A model generated the notes under the pieces. That model worked only from the letters and a program-made list of their open reading frames with translations, was not told the DNA's origin and searched no databases. A stretch of 64,000 nucleotides of DNA from Nemertoderma westbladi (Eukaryota > Animalia > Xenacoelomorpha): NCBI GenBank assembly GCA_032718475.1, contig JAUCBJ010008523.1:1-64000 (forward strand), read 5' to 3'. The position numbers and the translations under genes were made by a program. Below are positions 58,268-64,000 of this stretch, piece after piece. Numbering within the stretch: position 1 is the first letter of the stretch; each line of letters opens with the position of its first letter.

Positions 58268-61200
58268 ATCTCCCGTCTCGTTTCTAGTCTCCTCAAGGAG
58301 TACGACACGTTGTAAGGGTCTGTCTACAGTACGTCCATCAATTGTCCGTACAGCCACAGTCCGTATTACACCACCAGATGTTGGGTGTGTGGTCAAAATA
58401 ACTCCAGTCAACCAAAACCGTCTCTTCAAGTTAGTCTCTGCCAATATTACGTGATCACCATGCTTCAGAGAATGGGTAGTAAGATACAAGGTGGTCCTGG
58501 CTGAAATATAGGGCAAATAGTGCTTCTGCCATACTTCCCAAAACTTATTGGCTAACAACTGAGTGATTTTACAAGCTTTGTTGCCATAACTGTCGCTGTC
58601 TATGGGTACAGAAGTGGGCAACAGTGTTGTCGGCGCCTGCATAAGCAGGTGTGCTGGTGTCAAGGCAAACTGAGATTTTTTGTCATCTGGAATCAAAGCG
58701 ATGGGTAGTATTTAGTACCGCTTCGATTTCTATCAACAACGTAGTCAGTTAGTCGTCTATTAGTATGAATTGCGTAGGTATTACTTTCGCCATTGCTGTT
58801 TTGATGGAGCCAATCAATGCCAAACTCCGACTCTCCACGGACTGTCGGAAGGGTTGAAGTTCCAGACTATCTTGTGGGGATGTAGTTCGTCGGAGATTTG
58901 ATTGTGGTCCAACTTCTGTAAGGCTCTGGAGAATTCGTTCCTCACACCCACAAAGTTGGTCCCTTGGTTGCAGTGTATGGATTTGACCAATCCGTGTCTA
59001 GCGATAAATTGCCGTAAAGCTAGGATAAAAGTGTTGGTGGTTTGATCTGTTACGCATTCAATATGAACTGCTCTACTGGCCATGCAGGTAAAGATCAGTC
59101 CCCAATGTTTCACCTGTAAGCGTCCACGTTTTGCATTTATAGGTCCAAAACAGTCAATCCCCATCTCGGTAAATGGGGGTCTAAACACCTGTAGTCTAGC
59201 TAGTGGTCATTCACTGATTGAACGTAGTGTGATACCTGTATTTACATTTTGATGGGCACAACCCATATTTGTAATACCTGTAGCGTAGCCACACTGTTGT
59301 CGTGGTGACTCAAAGAAGTCAAAGACGGTAAGTTGGTAATACCTAATGGGTTAATACTAGTCCGCTCCAATGGGGTAATTACAGAGTTGTAGTACATGTC
59401 ATTACATTCTGGTAGAATGTCTGGTGAATGGTCTGGAGACAGTCTGGTGAGATGTCTGGTGAAACACATCACGGAACATCTGGCAAAATACTCTGTTGTA
59501 TGTCCAAGAGAAAGTATGGCATAACGTCTGGCAGAATGTCTGATCTAAAATCTGGTTGACAGTCTGGCGAGATGTCTGGTAGAAAGTCCAGTTGACAGTC
59601 TGGCGAGATATCTGGTCGAAAGTCTGGAGATAAATCCAGCGAAATGTCTTGTGGAAAATCTGGTGAGATGTCTGGTAGACAATCGATCGAAAGGTCCAGA
59701 AAACAGTCTGGCAAAGAATTTGGCGAATAATCTGGTGGACAGTCTGGCGAACAATCTGGCGAAAGGTCTGGTAAACAATCTGGTGAAACGTCTGGTGAAC
59801 AATCTGGTGAAACGTCTGGTGAAATCCGCTGCAGAACATCCGGCGAAAGATTTGTTGGAACGTCTGGGAGAATGTCTGGTGAGACGTCTGGTGTAATGTC
59901 TGGTGGAGTGTCCAGGTTATTAGATTTTACTCGTCCTTGTTTCCTTTTGGCCTTCGTGCTGGCCTTTGCTTTCGACTTGACTACAGTATCGATTTTTATG
60001 TCGGCACCTCATGGTATGGTGTTCGATGTTGCGTCGAATAGCAGCAGCCATTCATCCAATGGTCGTTGTAGGAAGTCTGGTCCTTTAAACCAGAAGGACT
60101 TATTGTCTGGTTTACAAAGGTCTATGGGTAACATTCCCCGATGTCAGCCAGGTTCAGCTTCCCTGGGCAGTGACGCCAGTCCTGTTTGAGCAACCTGTCT
60201 AGTATTTCAACCCGTCTGTTGGCCACGAAAGTCTTGAACTGAAACGTCTCATTGTTGATATACCAAAGCACCAATGATTCGTCAGTCCAGTATGTGACTT
60301 TCAAGTTGGCCTCCAGCTCGCGTTGGACTAGACTGACGATGTCGGTAGATATCGTCCCGGCTTGAAGCTCTCCCCGAGGCAATGTCATATACTTCAGAGG
60401 CATTGTCTTAGCCGTTGAGGTAACGAAAGATACCTCGTAACTGTTCGATGTCACTTGTCTACGTAGGTATAAGGTAACCCCCAGCCCGTCCTTGCTAACA
60501 TCACTGAAGCTGTGAAGCTCCAGATCTGCAGGAAAGGTGGCCTGTAAGGGAAAGTATACCCTCGGGAAGGTATAGTCTTATAGGTTTTGTGCCTCCCAGT
60601 CCCTCCATTGCTCAGCTAGCTTTTCCGGGATGGGATCATCCCATTCCAGTCTGGCCTGCCAATTGCTGCGGAGTATGATCCTTGCGTGTAGGATCACTGG
60701 ACTGATAAAGCACAGTGGGTCATACAAACGACTCATGGTCGATAAGCAGGTCCTCTTTTTGAGAGGTCTCGTCTGGTCGTTGATCCTTACGCGCACCCTA
60801 AAGTTGTCGGTGTTTGGGTCCCAACTGAGTCCTAGGACTTTGGTCGTAGGCAGAGGTTCTAGGTTTAGATCTAGGTCACCCCCATTCTGGTCAGTAGGGT
60901 CAAATAAATTCACTAGGTCGGAGTTATTGGGGGCGAATTTGGTGAGGTGAAAGCCACCCTTGGCGAGACAGTCCTGGAGTTGGTGTGCCATGGTTGTAGC
61001 ATGCTCCAGAGTGTCGCAGCTCTTGAGGCCATCATCCACATAGAAATCCCGCTCCACTGTTCGAACCACATCTGGGTCTAACTTGTCGCGTCAGTATAAA
61101 GCTGTCTGCTTTAGGGCATACATGGTACAGTTGGGGCTGTGCCGGGCCCCGAAAACTCTTACCTGCATTTGGTAAGTTTCTGGCGGAAGGTTTCAATTTC

Positions 61201-61640
61201 CGTCTGGGTACCAAAGAAACCTCAAACTGTCCCTTTCCCACTCCAAAGCCTTAAGCTGGTGAAAAATGGCCTCTACGTCACAGGTGAAGGCCATCTTGCA
61301 TTGTCTGAAACGCATTAGGACTACCATGAGGTAATTGTTCATATTTGGCCCATCCATCAACTCGCTGTTCATGGACATCCCCTGGTAAAGCGCGGTGCAG
61401 TCGTTTATGACTCATACCTTACCAGGTTTGTCCGGATGCCGTACAAAATGATGTGGCAGGTAATATGTTTAGTCTGTTGTTACCTCAGGGTTTGTCATCC
61501 TGATTGTGTATCCCTTTTGGAGATACGTCTGAAGCTGCACGTTGTCTGCGAATATGCAGAGTCCAAGATAGTGTATATGTGCTTCTCCCTCGTATTCCGG
61601 TGATCTTAATAGGAATTACGCTAAACCCTTTTAGCTGATT
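58238..61640 (-). pseudogene. pol: BEL/Pao LTR retrotransposon pol (protease remnant, RT, RNase H, integrase, DUF5641-like C-terminus), with many stops, frameshifts and internal deletions
   Basis: ILDSAYSQT; YYLPHHFVRHPDKPGKV*VINDC; DFYVDDGLKS; KVLGLSWDPNTD; LYDPLCFISP; YWTDESLVLWYI; FVANR; WRHCPG; PFTEMGIDCFGP; RAVHIE; QGTNFVG; ALTPAHLL; FWEVWQKHYL. Confidence 0.95.
59405..59915 (-). repeat. 12-bp coding minisatellite (xPDx tetrapeptides, ~40 units) inside BEL pol
   Basis: Minus-strand units such as TCACCAGACGTT and TCACCAGATTGT, in the frame continuing from WFKGPDFL after RNase H. Confidence 0.85.
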
Positions 61641-61829
61641 CTGTGTAAGGAGAGTTACAGATGGCTGTTCTTCCTCACCCGCATGCATGTAAAAGGTTTC
61701 GTCCTCTGAGTCGTCTTCGTCCAACGTTCCTGATTGGTCCATGTAGTCCGTGTAGAAGGTAAGGACTTCATGCGGTGCGCGCTCTTTATCAAGCGTGTTG
61801 CATTTCGCCACTTTATCAGGATATTCGTG

Positions 61830-63670
61830 TCAAAAACGCTTAGTCAGAGAATGGCTATTTGTGGGGAGCAACGCATCATGGTTGCATCCGCACAGAGGAC
61901 AAGTGTCGTCACCCAGACAGTCCTTCAGGACATGTCCAGGCATGGTACATCTCCAACAAGAATCCAACGGACGGATCTGGAACCTTCTCTCCTCCACTCC
62001 TAGATCCTTGAAGGCGCGACATCCGCGCAACTATGTCCGCTGTATTGTCTACCGTTCCGCTCACAGAACTAGCATCCAACAAATTCTGCCGACAACTGCT
62101 GGCGCGGCTGTTTGGTGCCAATAGGTGTCAGAACTTTAGAGGTATCCGTCGGTGTAGCATAAGTCATGGCTTTCGCATTCGTCGGAAGTTGTTTGGTCCG
62201 ATTTGGTGCTGCTATTGTGATCCCTTCTGACGCTATGTGATGGTAGTTCGACCGCATCTCTACTACGGCCTCCCATGAGATCAATTGGTAGATATCCGTT
62301 AATTTCAGCAGTCCACCAGCATCTTCACGCTGGTACTCTATCCTGTACCATTCTCAGCGCAACCGATGGTGGAGTCGGCCGATAATTCGGATTAGAACCA
62401 TCGGCGCGTTGGCGTATTCGAGTTGACCGATGGACCACAAAGTCCCTATAGCGTTCTTAATCTCATCTACCAATCGTAGAATATTGATGGGTTTTGAGAT
62501 GGGTCTGCCTCTACAGAGGTCTTCTATAATAGATTTAGTCATAGCGACGTTACCACCATATATGGAAAATAAATGGGTGTACGCTAGCTCGAAAGCGTTT
62601 GGAACACCAATTTAGGTCTCCACTAACCTCTTTGGTTCACCTGATAATACCTGAAGCAGATAGTTAAACTTCTCCGTCGAGGTGAAGGCATACATAGCGA
62701 TCTGAGACTCTACTACATAGTCTACCAGTACGCCAGTGTTTCGCGTTGCCAGAGAACTTCGGCGGTTGTTGTCGTGGTAATCTGGGTCTGGCCGCAAATT
62801 TAGCAATCTCGTTAACTATGTCTATTAGTCCGTATCCTTGTCCGGCAATATCGTTCAGTTGCTCTTGTTCGCGCATCGAGCTGAGCCAACCGCTCTGCCA
62901 TCTCAGTGAACTGTCTAGCACTAATCACCTCTGCCGGTTGCGGCGTGGGTTTCTGAACAGGTGTTTCTGATGGAGGGTTGTCAATGTACGGGTTCGTCGA
63001 TATTTCCTCCCGCTTGTAATCGCCTGCTGATCCAGTATGGAATATATCCTATTCTGTCGACTCCATATCGCTAGATGAATCGCTGTCGTCAGGATACGGT
63101 GGTTGGTGGGTTCGCGTTCGTGTATTATTCTAGTTGGCCACGTTCGTTTGGGTTCGGCGTCCACTGTTCTTCATCATTCTTCTTCATCATCCGACTTAAA
63201 CTGAATGAGACTTTCCCTTGCATTTACCAGTTTATCTATTATCTTTACATGATTTAAGTCGTTGCACGCAACTCTGCGAGTTCGTGTAAACCTTTGAGTT
63301 TATCTACGGAGGCATGTACCCTACTTTCTACTCTTACCTGCAGGGTGTAGAACTCATATCTCGACATCGGGGTGGTTAACTCGCATACGATGCGAAAACC
63401 TTCTCCGATATTTCGAGTTATATGAGCCATGTGTCCTCCTATACTCCTAATAACGTTCTCCTGGCTCCCAGTCGAACTTACCATGTCTGGTTCCCACAAT
63501 CTGGTTTGCGGGACTGTAAGGAAGTCTTCAGTTCTACAATTGCCACGCGCTACGGCTTCCGGTATTTCCATTGGTGGTCCGGTGACGCACGCGGTGTGAC
63601 ATCGGTAGAATCGCGAGTCCTCCTTCTTGGGCCGTCTACTGTCGATCTGTCTGCGTCACATGAGTCATAG
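61830..63670 (-). pseudogene. gag: BEL/Pao gag (DUF1759-like region and Cys/His knuckle cluster), decayed
   Basis: PPKFSGN; EKFNYLLQVLSGEPKRLV; AYTHLFSIYG; CRAFKDLGVEERR...CWRCTMPGHVLKDC...CPLCGCNHDALL. Start position is uncertain. Confidence 0.88.
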
Positions 63671-64000
63671 TCGGTAGGTGAGTGTCTAGTTGAGTATGGT
63701 GTATCACTCATGTCTGTATTACACACGTCGAATACAGGTAATAAATGTCAAAATGTCGAAATGTCAAAAATGTTAAACTTACCTTGGTATATATGTATAC
63801 TATATATACCCTAACCGGTACAAATAAAATCAAAAGGTATATAATAAAATAATAATAATTCAGCCTACTGGCTAAATCTGTACAAATAAGGGAGATAGCG
63901 GTATACGCTACCAAAATATAGATCAACAAGTACAAATAATAGGCAAAACAGCAACTACTAGGGGAAAATATGTAGTAACAAATGCATAAATTAGACAGTG

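Noticed and set aside
51834-63670. Plus-strand ORFs over the pseudo-ORF, LINE and BEL regions
   Set aside because: Antisense shadows of minus-strand coding sequence with no recognisable motifs.

Overview
Eukaryotic (probably invertebrate animal) repeat-dense, heterochromatin-like DNA with no intact protein-coding gene that I can support. Positions 1-49.9 kb are mostly tandem repeats: a 54-bp satellite split by a hAT-like MITE, two abutting hexamer-derived arrays, three arrays of a 37-bp G-rich hairpin satellite (each attached to the same dispersed module), and a ~21-kb 30-bp satellite divided into blocks by nine copies of an ATG/83-nt intron/129-nt exon cassette. Between the arrays lie a LINE 3' fragment fused to an intronless bacterial-looking WD40 fragment, a PIF/Harbinger MITE and long palindromes. 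Positions 49.9-64 kb are a nest of decayed mobile elements: a putative + strand LTR with a PBS-like sequence; a large minus-strand pseudo-ORF (~1,350-1,400 codons after removing insertions) with a DEDDy/WRN-like 3'-5' exonuclease domain and CCHC zinc knuckles, interrupted by an RTE LINE (itself carrying a Kolobok-like MITE) and a TTAA-flanked insertion; and a BEL/Pao gag-pol with an in-frame SPDx repeat tract. Nearly all long ORFs in the supplied track are artefacts of repeat periodicity. Family assignments come from motif recognition by eye, not from database searches.
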